Of a DNA stretch of 64,000 bases, positions 48,876-62,322 are shown one piece after another (the stretch's first letter is position 1; every line of letters starts with the position of its first letter). This stretch comes from Octopus bimaculoides. Taxonomy: Eukaryota. The stretch spans positions 50,017,505 through 50,081,504 of the forward strand of contig NC_068996.1 of assembly GCF_001194135.2 (NCBI RefSeq). Reading direction: 5' to 3'. The notes under the pieces are model-generated. The model had not been told where the DNA came from and did not search any database. It worked only from the letters and a program-made list of their open reading frames with translations. Position numbers and translations under genes: made by a program.

Positions 48876-50111
48876 CTGGAAAAAAATAAAAAGAATCTTT
48901 AAAAAATTGTTAAAAAAACCCCCCAAAAAACCCAACAAGATAAAACAGAATTGAGATTATGAATCTTTTATCTTTTACTTCTTTCAGTCACTGGATTGTA
49001 GCCATGCTGGGGCACCACTTTGAAGGGTTTTAGTTGAACAAATCAATCCCTGTACTTAAATTATTTTTAAAGCCTGAGACTTATTCTATTGGTTACTTTT
49101 GCTGAACTGTTAAGTTACTGGACACACACAAAACAGGCTTCTTTCAGTTTCCATCAACCAAATCATTAACAAGGTTTTGGTTGGCCTGGGGCTATAGTAG
49201 AAGGCACTTGCAGAAGGTGCCACACTGTGGAACTGTACCTAGAACCATGTGGCTAGGAAGCAAACTTCTTACCACATAGCCACAGTCAATTTTCTTATTA
49301 ATGACAGTTTGAAAATTGAATATTTAAACTGAGTCATACCAACAAACAAACTTTTTACATGGTCAAGCAACTTGTCTGGTATATTGTGATTATAGTTCCA
49401 TTGAATCAATACCATAGTGAGGAAGAGGGCAAAGGTCAAACAGTAACAAAAAAAGGACACATTGGTAAATGTAGACCCTCCCAAATACATTGATTAAAAG
49501 GTGGGAGATTCAAAGCTGGAACCCTTTTGATTACAAGTCTACACAATTAAGGCAGCCCTGAGGTTAAACAATAACAATAATAATGAATAATTACATCATT
49601 CTGAACTTTTAAGTATAATTTTTCCATCTTATTATTTCTTTTTAAATTTAAAACAGAAAATTTCTAAGTATTGTTGCATCTCAAATTTGGTGTTGCTGTG
49701 TGGTTAAAAACCTGGCTTTACTACGAGGTGATTTTGGTTTCAGTCCCACTGCCTAGCATCCTGGGCAAGCACCTTGTACTACAGCACTGGATTGACCAAA
49801 ACCTTAAGAGTGAAATTTGACAAATAATAGCTGCATGATAACCTATCGAGGGTACCATTCCTATCATTGGATTAATCATTGTCTTGCTTAATACCATCAC
49901 TTGGCCATTGAAGTATTTTAGTAAAGTCCACACTGTTGCAAGCATGTCTCCAGAAGATGACTTCTTTACTTCGCCTCACCATCTGTGAAGATGCTGAAAA
50001 CAATCTATAGGTGTTGCCAGTTCACATCTGAGTAAGTTCAAATATCATTTAGTAATTTAGCCATGTGTGTGTGTGTTTTATAAGCTCACTTAATGAATAT
50101 TTGATTTTGAT

Positions 50112-50161
<50 letters not shown>
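50112..50161. repeat. Pure (ATG/GAT)n microsatellite
   Basis: About 17 uninterrupted units. Confidence 0.97.
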
Positions 50162-50388
50162 AAAATATTAAGAAACAGTGAAGAGATGAAACTATTTCCA
50201 GAACCTTTAAACAATGAGCGCTTGGGATAGTTTGCTTCACCACCCTATCTTTCTGGAGGACAGACACAAGCTGAGTTGATGACAGAGATAAAATGCAAAA
50301 CAACTGATCAGTATTGAACAGTTTTACTTATATTAAAATTACTCCTTAATTGCAAAGAACAGAGTCAAAGAGAAGCCAAAAAAATATA

Positions 50389-51252
50389 TTGGGTTGTTAG
50401 ATAAATCCTTTTGTTCCTTTTCAATGTTGATTGAAAAATAGTCTTTATTATAATGTTTTATGTATCTTTTTGTAGCTCTATTCTTCTTTTACAGATTTTG
50501 TTTATCGTTTTTGAAATTTGAATAAATTTTATCTCTTTTCAGACATATGATGACAGAGTAGAAAAAACAAAAATTAACATTTTTGACACCTGCTTCTCTT
50601 TGCTTTCAATCAAGGTTACAAAACTGCCAAAGCTGTTTGAGGCATTTGTACTGAGAAGGTACTATTACTGCAAGAACTGCACAGAAATGATTTTTACACT
50701 TCAAGAAAGAGGAATTTGACCTCACAGACCCTCTGCATTATAGTCAACTAGTTCAATTCAATGAAGATCAATTGGACAAGCTCATCCATGAGGATCCATG
50801 CCAATCCACTAGGGAATTAGCCTAGCGGATAGGATGTTTTCGTGATATCGCTACCAGTCAACATTGACATGGCATGCTTCTTCAACATGACAACACTCAT
50901 TTCCACGTTGCCAATCAGACCAAAAATGTGAGTGGAGATCTCAAGAATTTCTACACCCATTGTATTCTCCTGGTATAGCACCTTCAGTTTATCATCTTTT
51001 CTGGTCACTGGTCAACAGTCTGTGTAGCATTTTGTTCAACAACATGGAGCAGAAAATGTGGCTCAATGAATTTTTCAAGTCAAGATCTGGTGATTTCAAC
51101 CATCAAAGCATTGACAAACTAGTGGAATGCTGGCAAGAATTCATGAATGATGAAAAAGAATATATAATTTGACTGATTTGTGGAAACAGTTAATGAAAAC
51201 TCAGGATTAAAATGAATGGGGAAAAAATGAACTAATTTATTTGACAACCCAA
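50389..51252 (+). mobile_element. Internally deleted mariner with both inverted repeats
   Basis: TA|ttgggttgttagataaat ... atttatttgacaacccaa|TA; remnants LLFAFNQG, LLQHDN and HPLYSPGIAPSVYHLF. Confidence 0.9.
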
Positions 51253-52107
51253 TAATAATCAAAGCTAAACAAAATAAAAGTTTTAACACAATCCTGAAAC
51301 AGTATGAGTTAAAACATCTTGAGTAATAAAAACCATATGTTGGCAAATTTTCTGAGCCCTCAAGAACAAAGAATTGAAGATACTGTTAAAAAAAAAAAAA
51401 ACTGTACTGTATTTATACAGGGTTGAATAGCTGCACTATTGCAACATTAGGATGTAGTACACATGATCATAAGATTGTGGTTTCAATTCCTGGACTGGGT
51501 GAAGCATTGGGTTCTTGAGCAAGACACTTCATTTCACATTGCTCCAGCCCACTCAGCTGTAAATGAGTATCACTGTGATGGACTGGTGTTTTGCTCTGAG
51601 GGAATGTTGTGATCTTGGTCACTTATGCACCATGGAAGCCGAGTAGCTGGCTTGATGAGCACGAGGACTTGAGACAGTAATGTTAAAATGATGGACATTC
51701 TACCATTGGACCAAAGCAATCCTTCAAATTTCTCTATCCACTTCAGAAACTTTGTTCCTACCAGCAAGAATTGTATATTATTGGCCTCTTAACCCATATA
51801 TGCCCATAAAAAATGAAGTCTTAAAATTTTACTGTATTTAGATTAGACTTTATGGTGAGCTTTCACAATCTGGAAGAGAAGAACAGTATGCAACTGTTAG
51901 CTATGGGTGTTGACTACCAACTGAACATTTCGTATGCTCAATCAGATGCTTCCTTGTGAGTTTATGTCCAAACAAGTAGGAGCAGGTTTTGCGTTATGAA
52001 AATGCAACCAGGGGTATATACAAGTTAAGAATTTATGAACTTCAAGAGAACATTAAATAATTCTTTTTTTTTTTTTTAATATTGGATTTTGAAGCAGATG
52101 AGCTATA

Positions 52108-53221
52108 CAGGGTGTTCAAGCATAAAGATTAAAGTTGTAGTTGAAAAAAGGTCAGTTGACATGGAGGACTGGAAGCCATCTGAATACAGGAAGAGAGTTA
52201 CCTGTATCATGATTTGCAGCAGATATCAAAATGCCAATGTCATGACTACTGCTCAATGCTCTGTGGACATTGTAAGGGGTCTAAGATGTGACATGGACAG
52301 CTGCAGCAGAGACTATGAAGCCATGGCCAACAGGAAGAGACATAGCAGGTGCTGTAACTGTGTCCACATACCAGAATTCATTCAGTAACCGTACAATAGG
52401 GTGGCAGAAACCCTAAACAAGGGAGTCTAGGCTTTGGTGAAAGAGATGGGCATTAGGATTGCTACCATGAAGCTGACCCTGAGTGAGGACGTTTGCTACC
52501 ACTCATACAAAAAGCACAAAGGACAAATTCTGACTGCCAATGCCAAGGAGAACTGCTTGACAAAGGCAAAGAAGCTCCTCAACTATCCAAAGCATCCGGT
52601 TGAGCCAAGGATAATCTGGTTCTTCTCAGATGCAAAGAACTTCTGCTGGGATCAGTTGCACAACATTCAGAACAAGGTAGCTTGCCTACAATCCATACAA
52701 AGTCCCATATATCATGAAAACTAAGTTCCACCACAGTTTGCTGTGGTGGTCTTTGGATGTGTCTCCAGTGAGGGAAACATCATGCTGCCTCACTCTCTGA
52801 ACACAATTCAGAAAGCTATGTGAAGCTGTTGGAAGACCATACGTGTAGCAGTAGGATTTAGCTCTTTATCATACCACTGGAAAGAGTGAAAAGTGGTTGT
52901 CCAAGAATCTCTATGACTTCACCAGCCCCAGTTTCTGGTCTCCTAATTCCTCCGATTGTAAACCCAGGGATTATTATGTGTGAGCCACAGTAGAGAAAGA
53001 CACCAGCCACTCTGCTTGCAACACCAAAGCTGAGCTGGTGTTCAAAGATCTTCCCATGGACACAGAGAAGAATACATGTGCCAAATTCCAGAGCCATCTT
53101 TAGGCCAGCTATAAACTAGTTGATATTCTTTGGTTTTTAAAAAAATATACTTTTCTTGTTGAATGGGATATGATGTTCTCTGTTGCCTTGATGCAAACTC
53201 AAATTTAGCCTGAACACCCTG
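52108..53221 (+). mobile_element. maT-like (DD37D-type) Tc1/mariner relic with both inverted repeats
   Basis: TA|cagggtgttcaagc ... gcctgaacaccctg|TA; remnants IIWFFSDAKNF, VFGCVSSEG and a WSPNSSDCKPRDYYV-like motif. Subfamily assignment is by recall only. Confidence 0.82.
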
Positions 53222-53546
53222 TAAGCAATAGCATACATGTCTTTTATTGGCCTTGATGTGTGCACTATAATTCTGCTGAATCAACAGCAAAAGAATGTGC
53301 AAGACATAGCAAAAAATACATTATATTATACCAAAACAATAAATAAGCTAACTAGACAATACAGCAAACTCATTGTTTGACTAATTCCAGGTAAGTGCTG
53401 ATCAATGGAATTTGCTCAAGGTGTGTATGAATGACTATTTTATCTAATATGTTTCTTTCTTTCTTTTTTAACAACGGTATGGAATGATTTGAAGGAAATT
53501 AGATTTAATTGCTATTTCTAATTCACTGAAAGCTACTTCATAAGAA

Positions 53547-53741
53547 CAGTGGTTCTCAGCCTTTTTTAATGTCTGGGCCAGATCCAAAACCTGGATTTTC
53601 TTAGGGGCCTTGCACAAAACAAAGTAAAACACAAGTCAGTTAAAGAAATAATTATATTTATAGAAGGAAAACCATCAGGGTCCATTAGAAGGAAGCTTGA
53701 GGGCTGCATATGGCTCTGGGAGCTGCAGTTCAGAATCATTG
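53547..53741. mobile_element. Possible hAT (Charlie-like) MITE
   Basis: cagtggttctcagcc ... cagttcagaatcattg termini; the 8-bp flanks do not match, so it is old or misbounded. Confidence 0.45.
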
Positions 53742-56700
53742 TCTCAGAGGTTTCTATATATAAAAATGTAATGGAGAACAAATTGTTGTAAAGGAATTAA
53801 GTACTAAAAATTTCCATTGCTGAATGTTAAGTTCCTCTAATTAATCCTTTATGTCTTAAAGAAAGATAAATACATCACAACTATTGTAAAATGTTAAAGC
53901 ATTGCCAGGGACAAACCGCTTTAGATCCTCTCAGATTTGAAACACAAGGAATAAATAAGATTGATTTCAGTTAATGCTCAAGTGTTGTAGCCGAATGCCA
54001 AGTAGAAGGAAGGAAATTCCAGAGGAAAGATGCAGTTCTGGAGAGGAAGGACAATGTAAATACTTAGTAGAGAGTTTGTGAGGTAAGAAATAATGAGTGA
54101 TGGTGGTGGTAGCGGGGATAATATGGAGAAGACCTGTACTCCACAGCAGAAATGTTATGACTGGTTCCTTTGATGGTGAAAAGCACTCATGGCAGTGCCA
54201 TGTAAAAGCATCTGTGTAGTGCCAATGCAGCACCACATAAAAATGCCCATATGACACCATATAAAAGTACCTGTGCAGTGCCACATAAAAGCGCCAGTGT
54301 GGCACTGTGCAAAAGCACCCAAAACACTCTAAAGTGATTGGCGTTAGGAAGGGCATCCAGCCATAGAAACTATGCCAAATCAAACTGGAGTCTGGTTGGA
54401 TAGTGCTTTTTACATGCCACCGGCTGAGAGCCAGTCAGGAGGCACTGGCCACAACTACGATATTGGAATAATGCAAAACATGTATTTTATAAATTCCTGT
54501 GTTCTTAAATGGCGAACAGACTTGGCAACGCTACCTTCATGGGTACAGGATGATTAAAACAACCCCAGTATTATTTAACTAGTATTCATTTTGCTGACCC
54601 TAGAAAAATGGAATGTAAAGTCAGCCTGACTGGAATTTGAACTCACAATATAATTTACCAAAACATATATCATGTTGATGCTCAACAATTTCTGTTTTAC
54701 CAAATGATCCTCAACAGGTCAATTAGGCATGGGATTACTCTTTTACTGGTTTCTGTCATTTGACTGTGTGCCTTTAGTCAAAATAACTGACCCCAGGACT
54801 TACTCTTTGTAAGCTTAGTACATATTCTATTGGTCGTTTTTGCTGAACTGCTAAGTTACGGGGACATAAACACACCAACATTGGTTGTCAAGTGACGGTG
54901 GGGGAACAAACACAAACACACACATATATATATATATACAACGGGCTTCTTTCAGTTTCCGTCTACCAAATCCACTCACAAGGTTTTGGTCAGCCCAAGG
55001 CTATACTAGAAGACACTTGCCCAAGGTGCCATGCAGTGGGACTGAACTCGGAACCATATGGCTGGGAAGCAAGTTTCTTACCACACAGCCACTCCAGTGC
55101 CTATTCTGCATTTCTTTTTGTTTTTTAGATGGTTAAAATATAATTTTTAGAGTAGTCAAGAAATAATGTTTTAGGGTGGTTAAGATTATTTTTCTTATTT
55201 TTGGTAGAAATAGTTTGCTTAATATGGTCTGTGAGGTGTCCTACAATAAATAACTAAGATACCAGTTTCAACCTTATTAGGTCTCTTTAGGCTTTCATGA
55301 AGTAGCATATGACTACAAATAATGTTTTACATCTAGTTAAAAACAATTCAAAAGTATTCTTCTTCAGCAAAACTGGATACATTATCAGCAAGTGAATATA
55401 CTTTCTATACTGATGGTCCTGAGCGGAGGTAGTACAAGACCAGCTAGTTTGAGGAACAGAGGCCACAATAGCAGTGTCAGCAAAGGATACAGAGTGAAGA
55501 AGCAAACAGCATGTCTGAAGCTGGAGAGCATTAGTGAGTGACTTAATGCCAACCAACTTTAGGTCTCATAGTTCTTTCATTTTTAAATACGTTTTAAAAT
55601 AAAACAAATATTTCATTATTGAAGACTGCAAAGAAATTTTTGACATGACATCATGACAAATATTTTCCATGTTATAAATAATTTCTTTCTTTTGCATAAA
55701 GAAAAAAAATGCTCAATGTGGCACCATTGATTTTTCACAACTTTTTGATAATGCTTCTAATTCAGCTTTGATTGTCACCTTTGTAACTGTTTAACTTGCA
55801 CTGTTTTCAACAATAACATCACCATTTTTCACCATCTTCTCTCTCCCTCTCGCCTTTTCCAACTGGTGGGTAGCCAAGCATCACCTCTACTGCAAAACAC
55901 CTATTTCCTGACCCTCTATTCATATTCTAATGTGATATCACATGGAACTAAGCTACCTACCTCAATATGACTCCTACCTAAGTTGAGGGATTCATCTTGT
56001 AAGATATTTGGTGACCCCACAGCTGCTGGTACCATGCAAAAAGCACCCAGTACACTTTATGAAGTGGTTGGTGTTAGGAAGGGCATCCAACCATAGAAAC
56101 CATTCCAAAGCTGACAGCAGAGCTATGCACAGTCTTCTGGTTTACCAGCTACTGTCAAACTGTTCAACCTATACCAGCATGGAAGGAGGATATTAAATGA
56201 TGATGATCATCATCATCATCATTAGCAGTAGCAGCAGCAACATCACCATAATATCTACATCTGTTTTTCCATGCTTGTATGGGTTGAACAGATCCTTTTC
56301 AACACACAGCATCTCAGCATTTGTTGCATTCTTCAGTAAGACTCAACATTCTGAGATCAGCTTTTATCACTTCCATCCACGTCTTGTTCTTCCACACTTT
56401 TCTCCTGCATTCATACCCTGGCATTAATCTTTTATCTTTTACTTGTTTCAGTCATTAGACTGTGGCCATGCTGGGGCACCACCTTGAAGAATTTTTAGTC
56501 AAATGAATCAACACCTGCATTTCCTTTTAAACTTGGTACTTATTCTATTGATCTCTATTGCCAAACTGCTAAGTTATGGAGATATAAACACATCAACACC
56601 AGTTGTCAAACACTAGTGGGGGACAAACACAGATATATATTAGTATATGTATATAAATATATACGATAGGCTTCTTTCAGTTTCCACCTACCAAATCCTT

Positions 56701-58406
56701 TCACAAGGCTTCAGTTAACCTGAGGTTACAGCAGAAGATACTTGACCAAGATGTCACGCAATGGGACTGAACCTGGAACCATGTGGTTGGGAAGCAAATT
56801 TCTTACCACACAGCTACACCTGTGCCTAGCCCTTTACTCTGTCTGTTGTTATTCTCCTTGAACATCATGTGCCCATACGAATGCAATCTTTGGTCTTGCA
56901 CACATCACACTCCTCTTATACCTAATTTTTCTCCCAGCTCATCTTTATCACATTGTTCACGCATGCTAATACCACACCCACACCCACATTAAACTCTGAG
57001 AAGTTAGACCATAGTACAATTGGTTGAAATATTAGATTTATGTGGCTAGACTACTAGCACTGAATGTTCTTTTAGTTGTACAAACAGAAAAGAAAATTAC
57101 AAGTGAAATTTTTGTTTAAGTGAAAATATGCAATAAGCATCCAGTATCAGAAAACCGATCATATTTTACAAATACTTTGTTGGTTACAAGTTAAGGTAGC
57201 CTCTTTGCAGTTACTTGACATGTTATTAGCTTCAGCAGCCTTATCTCCCTCAAATCTCATTCCACTGTATATAAAAGCAAGGAAAGAAATAGAGGATATT
57301 CTAGAGACCTCTAAAAGAGCAATTTGGTTAAAGTTAGAATTTCTTTGATCAAAGGTTTCACGGTTCATTTGGTGCTAAAAAACAACAACTGAGTGGTTAT
57401 GCTATGAATTATTAACATAATATATCAAGGATGCTAAGAAATGATACTGGCAAGTTTTAATTATAAGAAGTTGTGACAATTAATCATCATCATCATCATC
57501 ATCATCATCGTTTAACGTCCGCTTTCCATGCTAGCATGGGTTGGACGGTTTGACTGAGGACTGGTGAAACCGGATGGCAACACCAGGCTCCAATCTGATT
57601 TGGCAGAGTTTCTACAGCTGGATGCCCTTCCTAACGCCAACCCCTCAGAGAGTGTAGTGGGTGCTTTTACATGCCACTGGCACGAGGGCCAGTCAGGCGG
57701 TACTGGCAACAGCCATGCTCAAATGTTGATTGGAATATCTGCAGAGGTATTTTCACAAGGAAGTAAATTGCTTCTGATATGACAAGCATTTCAGCCATAA
57801 GTATTCCATTTCCCTTTTTCAGGTCTCTAAAACTATATTCTGTATTTTATTTTTGTTTTGTTTTCTTTATTTAGAAGAACTGGATGTGATTCGAAGAGGA
57901 TTTGGCTGCTGTTTCTAGCAAGTCAAGCAAAGACAGAGTAACTCAAAACAATCAGTGATAGAAATAGATGGGGAAAAAAGAAAATGAGTGAGAGTGACAA
58001 GGACAAAAAAAAGGGGGGTGAAGTGGATGAAAAGAAAGGAGAGAATGAAACGGGTAAAATATCTGTTAGGAACAATATATATAGTAAGAAACTCATGAGA
58101 CAATATGGTAAGAAACTCACAGCAGCAGGTCTTCAAAGAAACCCACCTGTGGCAAGTATTTTGACCCTTAACTTCTCATACTTTAAGGGGGCTGGGTTGC
58201 ATCCAGGTCATGACTCCTGGGTGCCCTTCTGCTGACATTTTCAAGCCACTTGGATATTGGGGATGTGTGCATTTAAACCGCTTGAAGATTTCATCTCGGT
58301 GTAGATGAAGTTGCCAAGTGGTATAAAATACAGGCACAAGTGTGAGTGTGTGGTATTGTGTAAGTGAAACAAAGTTTAAGAAAGAAAACCAAGTTATTGT
58401 TCTTAC

Positions 58407-58803
58407 CTGTGTTGAATGAATTGGTTACAACAGCAGTTGCTGCAGACATAGAAGCTGAAGAAGTGTTTGATGCAGCTAGTCCAACTGAAGTCTGCACTGT
58501 TCCTTGCACTATCACAGGACTGTTTTGGTTGTGTACAGAAAGAGTACTTACAATTGGCTGTGTTAATACCTGAGTAGTGTAAGTATTAGACAAAGAAGAA
58601 ACATCCCTAGTAGGAATCACAGTACTAGTCCGATTATTTACAGGAAGGAATGAGGCATCGACTGTACCGGGTGTTGCACTTGGCAACAACGTCAGTGTCA
58701 TCATGTGTGGGTTTTCCTTTGGAAGAAGAGTCCGTTGAAAGAATACAGGCTTTTGTGCACTATGAAGCAATTTTCTACGATACCTTGTTGGTCTGTATTT
58801 ATT
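58407..58803 (-). CDS. CRAMP1: CRAMP1 homologue internal exon
   Basis: tttgatttgTAG acceptor, G|gtaaga donor; 397 nt; NKYRPTRYRRKLLHSAQKPVFFQRTLLPKENPHMMTLTLL resembles human KPLVVQRTLLPR, followed by an S/T/V-rich tract. Confidence 0.92.
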
Positions 58804-60040
58804 CTACAAATCAAATAGAAATAAACTTTAGTAAATATTACAGGATATATCACAAGAACAGCTGAATGTGTTTAGGAACCTAAACACCTTGATATTTCAA
58901 TGGACTTTTATCTCATTATCATCATTTAGCATCCACTTTTCTGAGCATGCATGGTTGAAAGTTCATTTGAGGCAGATTATCTACAGTGTGATGCCCTTCC
59001 TGTTGTCAACACTCACCTGTTTCCAAGCAAGGTAATAATTTCTCTATGGCCAGACATGTTCTTGCAGAATATTGGAAATGAATGACACTGCTTGTATGAC
59101 TGGGGACTGAACCCGGAACCATATGGTTGGGAAGCAAACTTCTTACCACACCTCTGCCTGTAGTTTATAATTTAATTTCTAACATCTCAAATGTAGGCCA
59201 CAGATATAATCAATTAGTGACACCAGTAATTGATCCAGAAAGAAATAAGATTTGAACCTGGATCATAAATGTATACAGCTAAATGCTACAATACATTTGG
59301 TTTATCATTCTTATTTCTTTATTGCCCACAGGGGGCTAAACATAGAGGGGACAAACAAGGACAGACAAGGAGATTAAGTCGATTACATTGACCCCAGAGC
59401 GTAACTGGTACTTATTTAATCGACCCTGAAAGGATGAAAAGCAAAGTCGACCTCAGCGGAATTTGAACTCAGAACGTAAAGACAGACGAAATACCGACAA
59501 GCATTTCACCCGTCGTGCTAACATTTGATGCCAGCTCGCTGCCTTTGTTTATCATTCTACCAATCTACAACTCTTTTGTAGATTATAATATTAAAAGGTA
59601 ACTCTCCATACTGGTATTTCCATCAGTCTTATTTACTGCCTTCTACACTCACCTCTACCCCCATCTCTAACCATCCATTACAACCCCCTCATAGTACACC
59701 CCCTTCATCTGATCAACTGTTCATATCCCCTCTTAGGATCACCTTGTACCTTGAGAGTTTGCTCTGATATTCCATCACTACCTTCCTTTTATCTAATTCA
59801 GCCATGTATCTCTATAACAAGATACCTGTGTTTGTCGTTCTATCATACCAGACTTTCAACAACTCGTATATGGCCACCTAAACTTCTCAAATACTTCCCC
59901 TATTTAGAGGTGGTTGGGGCTTCTTTCTTTTCCTGTCTTGTAAGTTACTAGGTAACCTCACTAGTGCCAGTGACATGAGAAAAAAGGGAAAAAAAGCACC
60001 CAGTACACACTGTAAAGTGGTTGGCATTAAGAAGGGCATT

Positions 60041-60325
60041 TGTAGGAACCATACCTGGCTGTAGGAACCACACCAGGCTGTAGGAACCACACCTGGCTGT
60101 TGAAACCATACCTGGCTGTAGGAACCATACCTGGCTGTAGGAACCATACCTGGCTGTAGGAACCATACCTGGCTGTTGAAACCATACCTGGCTGTTGAAA
60201 CCATACCTGGCTGTTGAAACCATACCTGGCTGTTGAAACCATACCAAGCTGTAGGAACCATACCAGGCTGTAGGAACCACACCAGGCTGTAGGAACCATA
60301 CCAGGCTGTTGAAACCATACCAAAA
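60041..60325. repeat. 19-bp minisatellite (15 units) inside a family C retroposon
   Basis: Units tgtaggaaccatacctggc and tgttgaaaccatacctggc, counted from 60041 to 60307. Confidence 0.95.
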
Positions 60326-60944
60326 CTGGTATGGACTGGAACTTAGTGCAGCCTTGTAGCTTGCTGGATCCTGTCATATTGTCCAACTAATGCCAGCATA
60401 GAAAAAGGATGTTAAATGGTAATGATAATGAACTAATATGAAATGTTAAAAGAACTTACTATGTATTCATTTGTAACAAAAGTTTGTGGCAGTGGCCCTT
60501 TTCCTGGTATCACAGGTACTCGAAAAACTCCATCAACACGTTCAGAATCATCCTACCAAAATAATTGTAAATATGTTTTTATAATATACAACAATCAGAT
60601 TGTGTGAGAGTGAAAACTTGTGAAAAGTTCACAAAAGGATTTCACATATTAAAAAAATAAAGGTATAATATTTGAAATTAGATTGTTAATTAATTACATG
60701 TAAAAGGTTAATCAAATTAAAATATGTTTAAATTCCAATACACGTAGATCAGTCAATTAAATATTGTGTACCACTAGTAATTTACTGTCTCTATAAGATT
60801 TCACTTTTGAAAACGGCCATCTCCTGGAACTTACAATCTTCCACTTCTAATGTAGAGTAGATATTTACAACAAGAAATATTCTCGAACAAGTTGTTGAAA
60901 TATAGAATTTTGTTTATTTTTCTTTTACTTGTGTCTGTTAGAAG

Positions 60945-61380
60945 TGACTGCCCATGGCCTGTGCAGGTCTTCCAAAACCAATGAGATTGATGCCATTAAC
61001 ATTCTTCTTGGACTTTTTAAAATCAATACCTGCAGGAAAGATATGATTAGGGAGGTGTACCGATATTCTGAAAAGGGAAGTCTGGGCATAGAGTTTAGTA
61101 CACCATTATAGAATTGGTAGAAAAAGAAGAGAGAGAGAGGATATTGTGTGCCTGTGGGCTGGAGGCTAGAGTGGGTCAATAAGTACTTTATGCCAGTTAA
61201 TCAGGTGGCTATTTTGTTGATGCAGTCTCCAGTGATTGTGTGAATAGCTGCAACACCGTTCCAGATGTGAGAGCAACACTCCATTGTATGCCTCACCGAA
61301 GCTTTGTAGTGTATTAATAATTGTTGGGACCACTGAAGTACCTCCTGGCCTTGAAGTGAAAGGACTTGGTATACATGAAG
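60945..61380 (-). mobile_element. CR1/Jockey-type LINE 3' fragment (related pieces at about 42300-42470 and 45070-45215)
   Basis: QQLLIHYKASVRHTMECCSHIW resembles the LYKAQVRPxMEYCSHIW motif; 60950-61100 is homologous to 42310-42460. Confidence 0.7.
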
Positions 61381-61396
61381 AATTGTAATTAGCATG

Positions 61397-61664
61397 TTAA
61401 CCGCTACATTTACCAATAGTGGTTCATCACAAACTTCACTCAATCGGCATATGTATTTTCATAATTTGAGAAAATATTTTATTCTAAATCTTTGACATGG
61501 TTTTGAGGAGATTTAAATAACATGAGTGTTAAATATTAAAGTTTAATTATGAAATATTGTAAAAATGCAAAAAAATTACATTTCCTTGTAATTAAATAGT
61601 ATACTGTGTAACTGAAAATATGTGGCATCACCGATAAGTTCCAGTAACAGACTGTGGCAGTTAA
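61397..61664. mobile_element. Second TTAA-flanked MITE family (uninterrupted copy); a copy at 7140-7782 is split by a SINE
   Basis: Ends ttaaccgctaca...tgtggcagttaa; body aligns with 7140-7240 plus 7605-7782. Confidence 0.7.
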
Positions 61665-61790
61665 AGTATCAAGACAGTGAACAATAATATTCTATTCAAG
61701 ATTTTCTTATTCATAACATTAACCTCTGAAATTAAGTCTGAATTCATTATGTTTACAGCTAAATAAATTTATAGATACACAAATACATAC

Positions 61791-62012
61791 GTTTTTTTCT
61801 TCTGTTTTTTGTTCTTTTTTGTCATGTGAACGTTTAACAGCATTTTCAGAATTTCCACAAGATTCCTTATAAATTGCACCATTTTTGGTATTATTTTGAA
61901 GACAAGTGTTCCTATTGATGTTTTTGTTCACAAACTTTGAATTAGTTTTTGCATCCGAAGGATTCAATAGTTTGCCACAAGCTTCGCAAACTTCGCAGCC
62001 AGCACTGTTAGC
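61791..62012 (-). CDS. CRAMP1: CRAMP1 homologue internal exon (phase 0-0)
   Basis: cttttTAG acceptor, AAC|gtatgt donor; 222 nt; ANSAGCEVCEACGKLLNPSDAK...KTEEKN; phases fit both neighbours. Confidence 0.85.
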
Positions 62013-62322
62013 CTAAAAAGTGATAAACATACATGAAAAATGTTAACCCAAAATAACTTGAGAAATACAGAACTCTTGAGAAATGCAATAATTGTTTCTA
62101 ATTTAGGAACAAGGTCAACAATTTTGAGGTAAGGTAGTTAGTTGATGCCACTGATTGGAATCTTATCCCAGAGGGATAAAAGGCAAAGTCGACCATGGCG
62201 GGATTTGAACACAGAATGTAAAGGGTCAGAAAAAATACTGCAAGGTGTTATTTCCGATGTTCTAAGAATTCTGCCAATGTATTACTCTCAAGAAATATAA
62301 TAAAATTTTTTTTAAATTCTAC

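Noticed and set aside
55287-55556. Coding-looking 89-aa ORF on -
   Set aside because: Phase-1 entry at the available AG sites meets a stop, and there is no recognisable similarity.
57159-57368. Possible extra CRAMP1 exon in the 9.5-kb intron
   Set aside because: The open frame needs a phase-2 acceptor but the upstream exon ends in phase 1; the flanking exons already join in frame.
59887-60386. CRISPR-like array (GTTGAAAC within repeats) and repetitive ORFs
   Set aside because: Units are contiguous 19-mers with no unique spacers, inside a eukaryotic retroposon; it is a minisatellite.
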